NCBI GenBank assembly: GCA_963693365.1
Contig: CAVNZM010000001.1
Coordinates: forward strand, 6,960,907-7,024,906
Source: Amoebidium appalachense
Taxonomy: Eukaryota; Protista; Ichthyosporea
Direction: 5' to 3'
DNA: 64,000 nucleotides
Shown: positions 26,239-50,734 of the stretch, piece by piece
How the letters are laid out: each line of letters opens with the position of its first letter
How positions within the stretch are numbered: the stretch's first letter is position 1
Notes under the pieces: model-generated
Told to the model about the DNA's origin: nothing
Database searches by the model: none
The model's input: only the letters and a program-made list of their open reading frames with translations
Program-made: the position numbers and the translations under genes

Positions 26239-26779
26239 GGGGGAATCCGAGTCTGCAGTGTGCTTGCCATTAATTTACGGTGTCATTATTAATAAAACAG
26301 CTGCAGCATGTGAAAGTGACCTGCAATCACTTCTACACATTATTATTATGGTATTTTGACTACGTAATGATATCATAGGTATTAAAAAGGCGAATGTCGC
26401 ATGCATGGATGTATACGTAGTGTGTGCTTGACGTGTATGTGGTTGCGTGTGTGCATGTTCATGTGTGTGTGCCGTGTGTGTGCATTGAATGTGACAGCAT
26501 ACTCTACATACACCGTGACATTACAGTTAAACTGTAAGTAACATTACAATCATAAACTACCACTCTGACATGCTGAACATTACTGGAAGTTAAATGTTAC
26601 AACTAACACCTAACAAACTGATTCTTAAGTTACTGTATTGACTAAGTCTTGGCATCATGATGCCAAATCCCATACTAATCGAACCTACTAGACATGCCCT
26701 ACGTTTGCCACCTGACCCCAAAGCAGCTGGCAGCCACAATAACAATTAGAAAAATAAAAAACTACGTGGAGGGATTGGC

Positions 26780-29700
26780 TCACTTCCACCTATTATCCGT
26801 GACACTAAAACTGAGCAGGCGGATGCCAAAAGCGGTGACCAGAGCATACAACATGGCCTTGCACCTACAGCATTGCATGTAAGTATGACACAGATGGGGA
26901 GGGATTGCTAAAGTCAGTTGACAGACGCTACATTGTGCACTGGCTATCGTGCTCGGGTATGTGTGATAATAACTGGGGTGGAACGCTTGCGGATGGTGCG
27001 GGTGCTGGCTAGGGGGAATCACCCCAGACTGTTGGGTGCTTTGGAATTCATCCGCCGAATCGGTTGACGAACTGGTGGGATCATGCTCCTGAGGGGCAAC
27101 ACCTGTGTTGGTGCTTGCACGTGAAAGGCCGCTGGGCTTGGCCTTCTTTGACGGGGCAGTCTGTGAATTACTCTGTGACTTCAGCCCACGTTTCGTGTTT
27201 CGTGCTCTCTCGCTTGCTTTCTCCGTAACTGTACTAGCAGCGGCTTCCTTAGCCCTCGCGATTTCCTCCCTCACCTCGGCGGCCACCTGACTACGCAAAC
27301 GTCTTTCCTTCTCAATGTGTTCTATTTTTGACTTGATTTGTTTCAATGTTTTGGAAAGGATGGCATCCAGCCCCACACCCTCCTCGTTGCCCTCCAATGC
27401 TGCATGGTAATGTGCAAATATGTCCTCCTCTGTTGCCGGCAACTTTTGTTCCGCAAGCGAAATAACAATACTTTCAATCAACGCGGTCTCCGCATCCGAC
27501 CATCTACCCGAACGTACCTCCTCGCCCACAGACACATAATACTCCAAACCATTCTGATCTGTGGTTCGTGTTTGCGTGAATCGTGCGCGCCGCCTTTGCG
27601 TTGGAACCGTGGCAGTGGCCTTGCCCCTGGTGGCTGTTGTGTTGGCCGTATGGGTGGTGTTGGACCCATCACCACTTCTCAGGGAAAGGTTCCCCCCTTC
27701 GCCGGATAAATGCAGCTGCATGGTAGACGGGCGACCTGGACGGTTTGGCTCTGGCCGCTGTCCATGACTGCATGTGTATGTGCGTTTGTGTGTGCGTGTG
27801 AATGCGCGCGCACGTGTACACATGTGTGTTTGTGTGTGCGTGCGCACACGTGCTCTGTGGGTGCGTGCGTGCGTGGATTCGTGCACCTGTGCATCTATCC
27901 ACACACGTGTATGCATGGACCATGATGCGCGGATGCATTGTGTGTGTGTGTGTGTGTGTGTGGGGGGGTGGGGGGGGGGGGGGGGGGGGGGGGGAGGGGC
28001 TGTGTGTGTGCGTGCACACGTGCATGCGTGTGTGTGTTTAAGTTTGTGTATGGTGTGCGGGTGTGCAGGTGGTGAGCAGTGGGGAAGGTGGGGGGGAGGA
28101 GGAGGGGTTAGACATCATGAAACGACGGATACAGGAGGGGGAGGGGATTGGGAGAGGGGGCTTTTCTTTCCCCTCCCGGGGGGGGGGGGGGGGGGGGGGA
28201 GGGGGAGAGGGGGAAAGGGGGGGGGGGGGGGGGGGGGGGGAATAAAGAGAGGGACAAGCAGAAATACCTGGATTTGGCCAAGTTAAGGTTTCGATTATAA
28301 AGTACCAAGTGTGGGCAAATAGAGGATGCAAAAGAAGAAAAGTAGCAAATGCATATCATACGGCTCACCTGTTGCCACAATTCTCACACCTGCATGCCTG
28401 GGTGCATGCCCGCTTGTTCTTTGCGCATATGCAACGCTCATGCCCATCGTATGCCTGCACTTTTCCCCCGCCGTTCTTAAAACCACAAAAAAAACGTGTT
28501 CTATCCTTACTGTTTCTATTACAGCTGCAGCCCTTGGCGGGCAACCCACCGAACGTGTCAGTTGTGTTAGCGTTAGACGCCAACTCCGTCGAGTTTTCCG
28601 TGTCAACTGAGTGTGATGTCTGTGTTTGGTTGTTGTCCGAGATTTTGTTCGCATGCGACAAGCGAGGTATTACCACTGAGTAATGATCTGCTGCACCGTT
28701 AAGTGATACGGGTATGGCAATGTTGGGTTCGATGACGGTGGGTGGAGTGACCGCAACTACACCGTGATTGGCAATCGTGCTAAAAATGGTTATTGGTATG
28801 CGGAGTGCGTTGGCTAAGCCCAGCACCATCGCGTCACCGGCTGCAGAAGCAAAATGGGCGCGCCGAGGACAGCGGAAATCATCAGCTACGTATGCGAGGG
28901 TCACCCTTGAAAGGAATCCTTGGTATTCTGCTAGATTTCGCCGCCATTCGTTTACCATTAGTTCGCGTAGCCGTCCAATCGCCTCTATAGGCTCCATATT
29001 AGCTGTAAACCCCAATGTGTTGAGGTGTTCACGGGTAGCTACATGACCGCTTTGTAGATACTGATTGATATAATGCCACACCGAATGAAACAAACAGTTG
29101 CCGTCAGCGGGTGTTTCCATAAGCTCCATTCTCCAGGCACCCAGAATTTGAAGAAGGCGTTGTTGCTGGACCTCAGGTGGCCCGGATATGTCCCTGTGTT
29201 GCACATCACAAGGAAGAATAAGCAAAGACAAGAAGTGGGAGGGTGACGTAGGGCAGTGGTGGTGGGGTGGGTGACAGTGGGGTGGGATTGGGGGGGGGGG
29301 GGGGGGGGGGGGGGGGAAAGAGAGAGAAAGACAGATTATGGGGAAGGCGGAAAGGCCGAGGAGCAGAACAAGGGAAACCTTGGCGTGTGTGTGTGTGTGC
29401 GTGTGTGGGTGGGTTGGGGTTGGGGGGGGGGGGGTTGGGGGGGGGGGGGCATTAGATTATTAACAATTCTATAAGTGAATAAGAGTGTGTGCGCTCGTGG
29501 CTGCGAGGGAGGGTGCATGCGTGCATGCATGGGTGCGTTCGTGTGTGCAGGTGTGTGAAAGGGGAGGGGTGTGTGTGTGGGGGGGGGAGGGGGTTAGGCA
29601 CTCTGAAGGGGGCCGGGCAGGTGTAAGGGAGTACTGATGAAGGAGGGGCTATGAACGGGGGGGGGGGGGGGGGGGGTAGATGCAGATGCTTTCAAATAGG

Positions 29701-30492
29701 TGGAAGAGAAGCAGGGAGCTTCCAAAAAGGTAGGATGGAAGATATAGGTATACTATTAGAGAATAATGAGAATTAGGGGAGGTAAGAGGTAATGGAGGAC
29801 TTGAAAAGGAGGGACGAATGGGCAGAGGCCCTCCTGAGGGGGGAGAGGGGGGGGGGGGAGGGGAACAGGACAGGCATAATAAGTGGGCCTGGGGAGGCAG
29901 GTTGTCTGACAAAAAACTGGTGTCACTTGGGTTGGAAGGAGAGATGGATTGATACGTGCAAGGAAGTAAGGAGGTGGAGCAGTTGGGAGGAAGAATTGTG
30001 GGAAGGAGGAGAGGGGGAGGGGGATGCAGAAAAGGGGGCGGGGGGGGGGGGAGGGGGGGAGGGGAAAGGGGGATGGGGGAAAGGGGAGGAGGCCCTGCAG
30101 GGAAAGGGGGGGAGAGGCGAGAGGGAGGAGCGGGGGGGCGTTGGAGGGGAAGGGGGGGGGGGGGGGGGGGGGGGGGTTCGGCAGGAAGCACCTGGCAAGC
30201 TGTATGTCTGCTGCCACGGCCTCGTCAAAGAACACTAGAGTGAAGAGCAGATGATCCGGGTCCTGTGCTGCTAAAGCAAACCCTTCGGAGCTGTGCACAG
30301 ACCCAATCAGCTTGCGCATCGCACGCCGGGCGTTAAGCTTGCGGCCTGCTAGGCGCACACATGTTGACACGTTGAATGAACCGGGGCTCTCGTCACTTGA
30401 CCCCTCATCGTCATCGTCAGAGCCATCACTGTCGAAAGACCCAACCTCCATACCACACTCAGGCAAGGAACGGTTGCCATTATTGCCATAAG
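26780..30492 (-). CDS. OTU-family cysteine protease (deubiquitinase) + CXC cysteine cluster + SANT/Myb-like domain + C-terminal zinc ribbon; 5' end unresolved
   Basis: Phase-consistent exons 30192-30492, 28369-29193, 26780-27767. Motifs: OTU TPADGNCLFHSV...LANALRIPITIF...DHYSVV; CXC-like CSC...CICAKNKRACTQACRCENCGN; SANT-like GRWSDAETALI...KTLKQIKSKI; zinc ribbon CSVC...CCRC. Confidence 0.85.
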
Positions 30493-30584
30493 CTGCAGAG
30501 TGAACACAAAGACAGGGTGAGAGAATAGCTGGTCAATGGTTGCCAGGTCTATAAAGAACCCACTCCCAACCGAATCCCCCATCC

Positions 30585-30617
<33 letters not shown>

Positions 30618-31035
30618 ACACACACACAACATACATACACACACACATACACACACACACACCGCCCACACCCTCCCCACCCCCCTCTTGCTCTCGCCCC
30701 CCCCCCCCTGCCCTAATTCTCCACTTCCCCCTTCTCCCTCTCCGTCCCACCCTCCCGCCCTTCCTCTTTACCGACTGCCCTCCTCTCTTTGCCCCTCTCT
30801 TTCTGTCTTTTCCGCCATCCCTCCCTCTACCCTTTCTCCCCCTCCCTCCTTCCCTCCAACCCTCCCACCCACCCATCCTTCCCTCCCTTTCTCCCTACCC
30901 TGACCTCTCCCCCTTCCCCCCTCCCCTGTCTTTAACATACACACACAGGCACACACATACACGCCCCCCCCCCCCCCCCCCCTCTCCCCTTCTCTGTACC
31001 CACCCACCCACCCACCCACATTACACACACAAACG

Positions 31036-31083
<48 letters not shown>

Positions 31084-31639
31084 CAACACACACACACACT
31101 CACTACACACACACAGGCACATACACACACAGACAAGCACACACCCACAGGCATACACCGTGACACACAGAAACTCTCTACCCACTATCCTGTACTGCCT
31201 CTTGACTAATTGTATGCTTAAAGGGGAAGGGAGGGAAGGGGGAAAAGCGGAGGAGTGGGCTTTAAGTGGGTACACTGCACAGAATGGTCACACAAAACAT
31301 ATGGAACACGTTGCCACACATACCCTATCGGGTGATAGCAACATATAAGAGGCAAGCCAAAGCAGAAAAGGCAGCATGCCATGCCAAACAGATCATGGGA
31401 GAGGCACAAAGGTCCATAAGATTAAGTGCAAGGGAAGGCCTGAGCGGTGAAGGCATTGGTATCCACAAGATGCAAAAGGACACACCTAACGTATTACATA
31501 AAAAACAACTTCTAAAACGGAGGAACCACCTGTAAGGCCCAGAACAGAGAGACAGGGGAGGGGAGAGAAAAAGTGGAAAAGAGGCAGGGGGTGGTGGGGA
31601 GAGAGGGGGGAGGGGGGGGGGGGGAGAGGGGGGAATCAC

Positions 31640-31887
31640 CTGATGGACTCCCTCCGCTGTAGATGCATCTATCCGGCCGCCATGACGGGTTTGATGCCAC
31701 ACCCAATCCCTGAGGAAGGGCTGGGGAGGGCACGTGCCAGCTTCGACAGAGTCCTCATGATCCGCTATGCAATAATCAATGTACCGTGCAACGAATGGCT
31801 GTTCCAGCTTGGCATGATCTTTAGACCAAGATTTGTTTTCCTTAATGACTTTTTTGTTCACCCCATCTGGGTTGTTTGTTGAACCCG
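31640..31887 (-). other. Putative exon with a Mutator(MULE)-transposase-like C-terminal motif, possibly the 5' part of the OTU gene
   Basis: Open segment bounded by a CAG acceptor and a GTGATT donor, encoding FVARYIDY...DWVWHQTRHGGRIDASTAEGVHQ. This resembles the MULE W...HxG..TT(N/S)RAExxH motif. I could not find an in-phase link to 30492. Confidence 0.35.
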
Positions 31888-32356
31888 CTGCAGCCAAAAG
31901 ACAAAAGGCGAGGATAACATGAACGAGAATCCTCAGCAAAGCCCAATGGCCTTGCCCACGTCCAATGCGGACGCGAGCATGTTTGTAACCCATGCTCACA
32001 CAAAATATGTACTGTCAGTTATGATCGAGCATTAAAGGGTGTTGTCTGTTTTTATTATTTTTATATGAGCCTACTGCAATATGATAAGGATGCTAGCGCT
32101 GTGTCACACCTGTCAACTGCCAGTCCAGGCTGTGACTGCCCGTTCAAGTACGCCACCACCTGCACGTGGTTGACGTGGTCTTGCTTAGCCCGCCTTTCGA
32201 GTTTATTCCTCGAATCAGACGCCACCAACGATGAGCCACAAAAACGGGTCAGAAAACGGGTCAGGAACGATTCGAGCTGATTCGACCCATAATAGTTCGA
32301 ACCGACCCATTTATGCCCCAAATAAATTTGGCACCAAATAATTTGGCACGAACCTG

Positions 32357-32517
32357 GTGACGTAAAATGTGGCACGAATTTATTTGGCACCAGCCCGCTA
32401 GCGGAGCACATCCAGGGGTATCCCCAAGCTCCTGTCGGTGCCTGGGCGACATCCTGCCCCATTTTCACCGTTTTGCAGGCTCGTGCCAAATAAATTTCGT
32501 GCCAAATATTACGTCAC
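32357..32517. mobile_element. Small MITE-like inverted-repeat element
   Basis: 32357-32390 gtgacgtaaaatgtggcacgaatttatttggcac is the imperfect reverse complement of 32483-32517. Extra aatttggcac units lie immediately upstream. Confidence 0.6.
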
Positions 32518-33162
32518 ACCCTAGGAGCTTGGGAATTGAGGGTAGCACCCGATTTTCCCAGACTTTTATTGGTCAAAGGGTCCAAAACAGAATGCCGCTG
32601 CTCCACCATCTGCTCCAGATCTGGTAAGATCGACGCGCCTGATTGGTACCGCGGCCAAGGATCTACATTGCCGGCAAACAGCCCAGTCTTTCCTCCCCCC
32701 ATACCCCTCTCTATCTCCAAAGAGACTCCTCCGACCGAGGCTGGGAATAAGTTACCCGCCGGGCCGCCACTGCCACCACCACCACTGGGCCACCGGCCCT
32801 CAAACACACACGTTACACACACACGTCACACCGTGCGCACATGTATGTGTACACACAGTGTGCAGCTGCCACTGCCACGCGCGCTCACCACAAATACATC
32901 AAAAAACAAATAATATTAAACAGTATCACCCGTGACCGGGGGTCCCGGACTACCCCGGAGCTGCATCGATTCGCGCCTTATAATTACGGCAACAGTCTGG
33001 CTGAGTCAACAACAACAACAACAAAAAGATAAATAAATAAAAATAGATAGATAAAAAAGGTTGGGATGGGGGGGGGGGGGGGGGGGGGGGGGGGTGGGAA
33101 CATCATATTCCGGAGAGTTTCTCGAATTTTTGACTCAGAGGTCAGACCTTCGATTTCAAATT

Positions 33163-33193
<31 letters not shown>

Positions 33194-33221
33194 GTTTGTG
33201 GGGGGGAGGGGGAGGGGGGGT

Positions 33222-33255
<34 letters not shown>

Positions 33256-33660
33256 GGGAGGGAGGGGAGGGGGGGGGGGGGGGGGGGGGGGAAGCCCGCA
33301 GCAGGCCCGGGAGGGGCAATGCCATATATGATGTAATACATGTGCACAGGCCACGGTGACCGTCGTCGTGCGCAGCGTGCACTGCCGCATGATATGATAG
33401 ATTGTGTGAAATCAGAAAGACTTAAATTCTCTTTGCATGCCTTACACCTGTTTAAAAATATTATCTAAATGCCTTCGACTCAGCAGTGAAGCTATTTTAA
33501 TCTAATTGTGTCGACGTGTTGGTGCCGGATTATTCGATAAAGTCACTGAGCCTGTGCAAAGTTTTTTATTTTGACGATGTCACGGTACCTCTCACGGTGT
33601 GATTGTGTGTGTGTGAGTGTGCGAGTGTGAGTGCGTGTGTGTGTGCCACGGTGACAGCGA

Positions 33661-33880
<220 letters not shown>

Positions 33881-34497
33881 GAGTGTGTGTGTGTCACTGA
33901 GTGTGTGTGTGAAACAGCGTGCATGCCGCCGTGGGGATGTCGTGCGCAGTCTAAGACTTTGCAAAGCCAATGGGCATACTCCTCCACTCCATTTTATTCA
34001 ATTGAACAGGGCTTCATGACGATTCCAATCAGATTCTGAGTCATTCAGTCATAATTACATTGCAATCCGACGTGCTCACAGTCACGGTGACTATATATAA
34101 CATACTCATACCCATTCATTCACATAGACTATTGTCACAGTCCGCCGCTATTGCCATCCATAATTGCTCAAAACTAGTGAAAAACTTCTACTGCCCCCTG
34201 ACCGTTGAACGAAGCATATCTGCAACTAATTGATTTTCTTAGTCTTCAAGTATGGTGCTTCGTAGAGTGAGAACACCCTGATATATATCGTCCCGACATC
34301 TATGTACTTAATTAATGATATACCGCTGAGGGGATATTCCGAGCAAAACCCCCCCATACCTGAGACTGGTCTCGCTTTCCCTTGAGTAAACAGCGTAAAC
34401 CCCCATATATTATGTATATAGGCAATCAGGGACGATTCATGCATCATAAGTTACCTACCGTAGTCTACATTCACTGGGCTGATTTGAAACCACCGAG

Positions 34498-36375
34498 TTA
34501 AAGAATGGTCGAGGCCATACCGAGGTAGTTAGACGGGACTAGGCCCTGGTTGCCCGCTGCATCTTTAACAACCCACCAATCCTTCTCGTCACCGCTAAAG
34601 ACACGCGTCACCGTGTCACCTTTAACGATGCTTAACTCATCCTCTGCCTGTGGGATCATTTGAATCAGTGGTGATCTGAGTGATTGCACTAGGAGTACCA
34701 GCTGGTGTGTGCGTGCGTGAGTGCGTGCACGTGTGCGTGCGCGCGCGCGCGTGTGTAGGGGGGGGGGGGGGGGGGGGGGGGGGGTCATATTTTCGAGAGC
34801 CAGGCCACTGATGCGTACCGTTTGTGTGATAAAATACGGTTGCAAGCTTGTGCAGAGAGCGAAGAAAACTGCCTTGCCATTGACCTGGGAGGGGGCAGCC
34901 TGTTGGTGGGTGCGTGTGTGGGGTGGGGGGGGGGGGGAGGGGGGGGGGGGGGGGGGGGGAGGGGGGGGGGGGAGGGGGGGGGGAGGGGAGGGGGGGGGGG
35001 GGGGAGGGGGAGGGGGCGGGGGAGGGGGGGGGGGGGGGGGGGGGGGGCTTGAAGTACTTTAGAAGTGTAGGAGTATAGGGCCTTGAGTGTCTGCTGGGCA
35101 CATCTCATCTCCTCTGCGGCAGCCAAAAGGGCAGATGTTGTTGCATCCTCACAAAGGTCTAACGGGCTGTCGCCGTCATCGTTTTGGAGTCGTGGGGACG
35201 CACCGTATTGGAGTAAAAGGCGCACAACTTCAACCTGTGTATTTAAATGTTCGATGGGTGTGTGTTGCATGTGCATGGATGCATGTTGTGGGGAAAAAAC
35301 GAGGGGGGGGGGGGGGGGGAGGGGGGAGGGGAGGGTCCTGGGGGGGTGGGGGGGGGGGGGGAAGGGGGGGGGGGGGGGGGGGGTATGTGTGTGAACTGGT
35401 GTTTTGGGGTGTGTTTCTTGATGCCATGAAAATGACAAGAAACATGTGGCATCCAAGAAATATATCTTTAGCAAAGTCACTGAGCCTATAGCACACGCCG
35501 GCATTGAATGCCCAACCAGCCCATGCACATATGGATGGATATTCCCGAATGATGGGTTGCACGTCCGCACACCCATATTATGTACAAGGGCAACAACCTC
35601 ACACCCTTCGAGGCTTCGAGGGGGGGGGGGGAGGGGGGGGGGGAGTTTTGGGGGAAGGGGGGGGAGGGGAAGGGGGGAGGGGGGGAGGAGAGGGGGGGGG
35701 ATGGGAAGGGGGGGGGGGGGGGGGGGGGTTGTGATGTACCTGGCCGAAGCAGGCAGCACCATGCAGTGGTGTCCATCTGTCGAAGTCTGTGACGTTTGGG
35801 TCTGCGCCTGCAGCCAGCAGCAGGGCCACGATCTTGGGGTGGCCACCACAGCAGGCATTGTGCAACGCAGTCAGCCCATCGTCATTGCGCTTGTCGACAT
35901 CAAAGCCGCGCTGTTTTGTGGGGGGGGGGGGTGTGTGTGTGGAGGGAGAGGGGGAGGGGGGAATATGGGGGGGAGAGGGGGGGATAGGGGGTGTGGGGGT
36001 GTGGTGTGTGTGTGTGTTTGGGGGGGGGGGGGGGGGGGGGGGGGGGGCTAGTTGTACGTTTAAGGGGGACTGATGTGGGTCAATGAATGTATGATGGCGG
36101 ATTATGTGTAGGCCACGGGTGTGTTTATGTGTGTGTGGGGGGGGGGGGGGGGGGGGGGGGGGGAAGGGAGAGGGTTGTGTGTGTGTGTGTGTGTGTGTGA
36201 CAAGTTGTGCCCGCGCGTGTGTGTGTGTGTGTTTGGGGGGGGGGGGGGGGGGGGGGGAGGGGGGGATGGAAATCTTTCAGAGTTTGGGAAAACGAAAGCA
36301 AGGAGGCGGTTTACTATTAGACGACAGCAACCACCAAAACCACAACAAAATCACAAACAGACATTGTGCGGGGAA

Positions 36376-36406
<31 letters not shown>

Positions 36407-37353
36407 CAGTTGTGTTAGTGCTGTGGCTGGCAGGGCTCGGAGACTTGGATAGGGGGGTGTCGGGCAGGGAGGGGGGGGGGGGGGGGGGGGGGGATATGTA
36501 GGGTAAACCACGGCTGAAAGGAATTTGGGGAACGAGGGAAAGAAAGAATACGCAGAGGGTGGGTGTGTGTGTGTGTGTGTGTGTGGTGGTGATGGTGGTG
36601 GTGGTGGTGGTGGTGGTGGTGGTGGTGGGGGGGGGGGGGGGGGGGGGGGGGTGGGGGGGGGATAAAGCACAAATTCACCATAAATAACATTGCCCGTTAG
36701 TGTAAATTGCAGATATTTAAACAAGACAAGCCAATAGAAGGGTACCGTCCATCACAGGAAGGTATGGTAGGCTATACCCAAGTGACGCCAGTGAAGAGTG
36801 GGATGAATACTAAGACTTCTAACATAACCCAATGTTGGTTTAATGCACACGGTCGATGCCAGGGGACATACCTTGATCATCATGTCTATTGGGCCTTCGT
36901 CCCCAGCCAAAGCACTATCCAACCACAGGCACATGGGCTCGAATGTCAGCCTCCTCTTTCCACCCCCTCCCACCTCCTTCGACTCCTTGGAAGGCGCATT
37001 TCCTTTCAACAGCGAGTTTCCAGGTTTTTTGGTGGTCAGGAATTTGACTGGGTCTATGTCGCTCGCAATTTCCGGTATATTTTCGTCCCGGTGTGATCTT
37101 GTGGCCAAGTCTACCACACTCTCAGTTGTGCTCAAATGCACAGTAACGTGCTCGGGTGTTTCCAAAATCATGTCTGGGACGGAGGGGTAAGCAGGGACAT
37201 CTACAGAGTTGATTCCTGAAATGCTCGGATCTGGCATGAGAGGGTAGTTTGGAACATGATTGGTTGCTTGTGGGACAACGGCGATTTCTGATTGGGCGGC
37301 TGGTAGGACATCATGATGGTCGGTGGATTCGAGGTCTGGTTGGCTCGGCTGGC
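34498..37353 (-). CDS. ASPP-family (PPP1R13-like) C-terminus: RVxF-type motif, ankyrin repeats, SH3
   Basis: Exons 36872-37353, 35740-35910, 35058-35234, 34498-34647, all phase-consistent. KRRLTFEPMCLWLDSALAGD resembles ASPP RVKFNPLALLLDSSLEGE. Also NDDGLTALHNACCGGH..IV..LL..GADPNVTDFDRWTPLHGAAC and SH3 ALYSYTSKAEDELSIVKGD...WWVVK...GLVPSNYL. Confidence 0.88.
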
Positions 37354-48087
<10,734 letters not shown>

Positions 48088-48871
48088 GCTGCCCTTAATA
48101 ATTCGAGAGAGACCGAAAGATAGATTGACAGAAGGCTCGTGAGAGCTAAAGTTTATCAGGAAACAAAAAAGGGTGTGCTAGAATTAGACACATCTGTTCT
48201 AGAGCCAGTAAGAACCTCGCCTTGAAACAAAAAAAGAAGGAAAGAAAGAAACTCTAAGATATAAATGACTCATAAACAGCACATCTCAGTCCAATATTGG
48301 GTGGGTGCTGGGCACGAAAATACCCCCTGCCAAGCAAGAGATGTCTAATTAGCCAACAACTGTCTTGAACACTGTTGAACGTTCGAACGTTCGCTGTGAC
48401 AGCCCTCAGTTTGGTAACCTCGACCTCAGCAAATGTATCTAGGTGCAGGGTTATAAAGAACAGTCCATACGATCAGGGAAATGGATTTTTGCGCTGTTCT
48501 TGGGGAACACTGCATGGGTCTGATTTCAGTTTGGGAATTAAGTTTCTGGTTATTTCCAAAACTTTCATAACACTACAAACCCTGGAGTTTAGCCAGGGAG
48601 AGATTGCCTTATATGGGAGGAGGTGACCAAATATGGCATGGTAGAATTCACGGTCTCTCCCCCCTGCCGGCGCCTGCCCCCTCCCCTCCTCCGGAGGGAT
48701 ATCGTACATTCAGCCTTGAAGTGAGTAGTAGTCACATGACATGAATATGTACTTCCGGAACTGAGTTTCACGGTGTGTTTGTACGTTTTTTTTCTTATTT
48801 TGTTGCTTTATTTTTTTTTTTTTTTTTTTTTTTTGTGGTGGGGCTGGGCAGGGCCCCCGGGGGAGTTGGGG

Positions 48872-48907
<36 letters not shown>

Positions 48908-49237
48908 TATGATGATAGGTGTCCCTTTGATTACCTCAAGCTTGACGACAATATTGTCGACCTAGCTATGCTATACACACGGCTATGCAAGCTATACAAT
49001 GTTGGGTGGAAGCAGAGGTGGGATTCGAAGTACTGTTGGCCTGATCATGATGGTGGCACGAACCCATGTGATATACAGTCTCAATAACTATTGTGCTGAC
49101 CTACATGCATGCGAAAACAATTAAGCCCTCCCCCCCCCCCCTCCCCACCCCACTCCTGGCCACCCCACCCCACACACACACATATGCACACACAAACACA
49201 CAACACGCGCCCGCACGCACGCGCGCGCGCGCGCGCA

Positions 49238-49324
<87 letters not shown>

Positions 49325-49354
49325 GTGACACGCACACACACACGCACACACACA

Positions 49355-49420
<66 letters not shown>

Positions 49421-49554
49421 GTGACACGCACACACACACGCACACACACACACACATACACACACACACACACCCACACACCCACACACACACACACACA
49501 CACACATGTACACACGCACACACCACCCAGCCCCCGGCGCCTCTAGCTGGTGCT

Positions 49555-49634
<80 letters not shown>

Positions 49635-49701
49635 TCCAAACCCCTTTTGCTGCATGATTTTATTCGACGGACCTTTTACGACAGCTGCTGTCTTTCAAAC
49701 A

Positions 49702-50106
49702 AGGGCCCAACCACGTCGGCAGAGTCAACTTGCAAAAAACAGCCTTCTGCAGAAGCAGAATTATTCTGCAAAAGCAGAATTATTCTGCAAAATTTAAAGC
49801 GGAATTATTCTGCAAAAGGCGGAATTATTCCGCAAAAAGCAGACCGCAAAAAGCAGAATTATTCTGCTTTTAGCAGAATCACTCTGGTTTTAGGAGAATT
49901 ATTCTGCTTTTGGCAGAATTGTTCCGCAAAAAGCAGAATCATTCTGCTTTCTGCTTTCGACAGCAGAATAATTCTGCTGTTTGCAGAGTGATTCTGCTTT
50001 CAGCAGATTGATTCTTCTTTTTGCAGAATAATTCTGCTTTAGCAGAATTGAAAAGCGAAACAATTCTGCTCAGAGCAGGTTGACTCAGTCAATGTGGTTG
50101 GGCCCT
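49702..50106. mobile_element. MITE / non-autonomous DNA transposon with ~32-bp imperfect TIRs, target-site duplication and internal palindromic repeats
   Basis: Left end agggcccaaccacgtcggcagagtcaacttgc; right end gcaggttgactcagtcaatgtggttgggccct. CAAACA occurs on both flanks (49696-49701 and 50107-50112). The interior is filled with GCAGAATTATTCTGC variants. Confidence 0.85.
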
Positions 50107-50507
50107 CAAACAGCACCAGCCTGACACGTTGGCAATCCGAAGCTTCAGGATTACGTATTTCATAGGCAGGAGCGGAGCTTCATGATGATCATATACCAAT
50201 ATGTGGAACTCAAATATTAATGCGTCAATTCTTACCAAAAATGTATTCAGACAGCATTATTCAAAAGGAATATGTTGCCTATGACTTACTGGAGGTACAT
50301 AACATTGAATGTGCAGTCCTGTACAATCCTGTATATATGCTGATGATTAACTTGCCACGGACAATTGGCGACAAGAGCTGCTATATGTATATGTGCCTGC
50401 AAACTCTCCGTGCTCTAAGCCTTAAGAGAAGTATGACGTTTTCAAACGTTTAAGGCATGTAACCCATCTTGAGCTCTCTCTCTCTCTTTCTCTCTGTCTC
50501 CCCAACC

Positions 50508-50555
<48 letters not shown>

Positions 50556-50632
50556 TGGGCCCTTGCATTAGCCTAAAGCAAACACACATGCACGCGCGCG
50601 CACGCACGCACGCACACACACACACACCAGTC

Positions 50633-50734
<102 letters not shown>

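Noticed and set aside
31320-31535. TAG readthrough or alternative genetic code linking the MULE-like exon to the OTU gene
   Set aside because: A TAG sits just before a phase-compatible donor, but the upstream acceptor is out of phase. No other exon in the window needs a reassigned stop.
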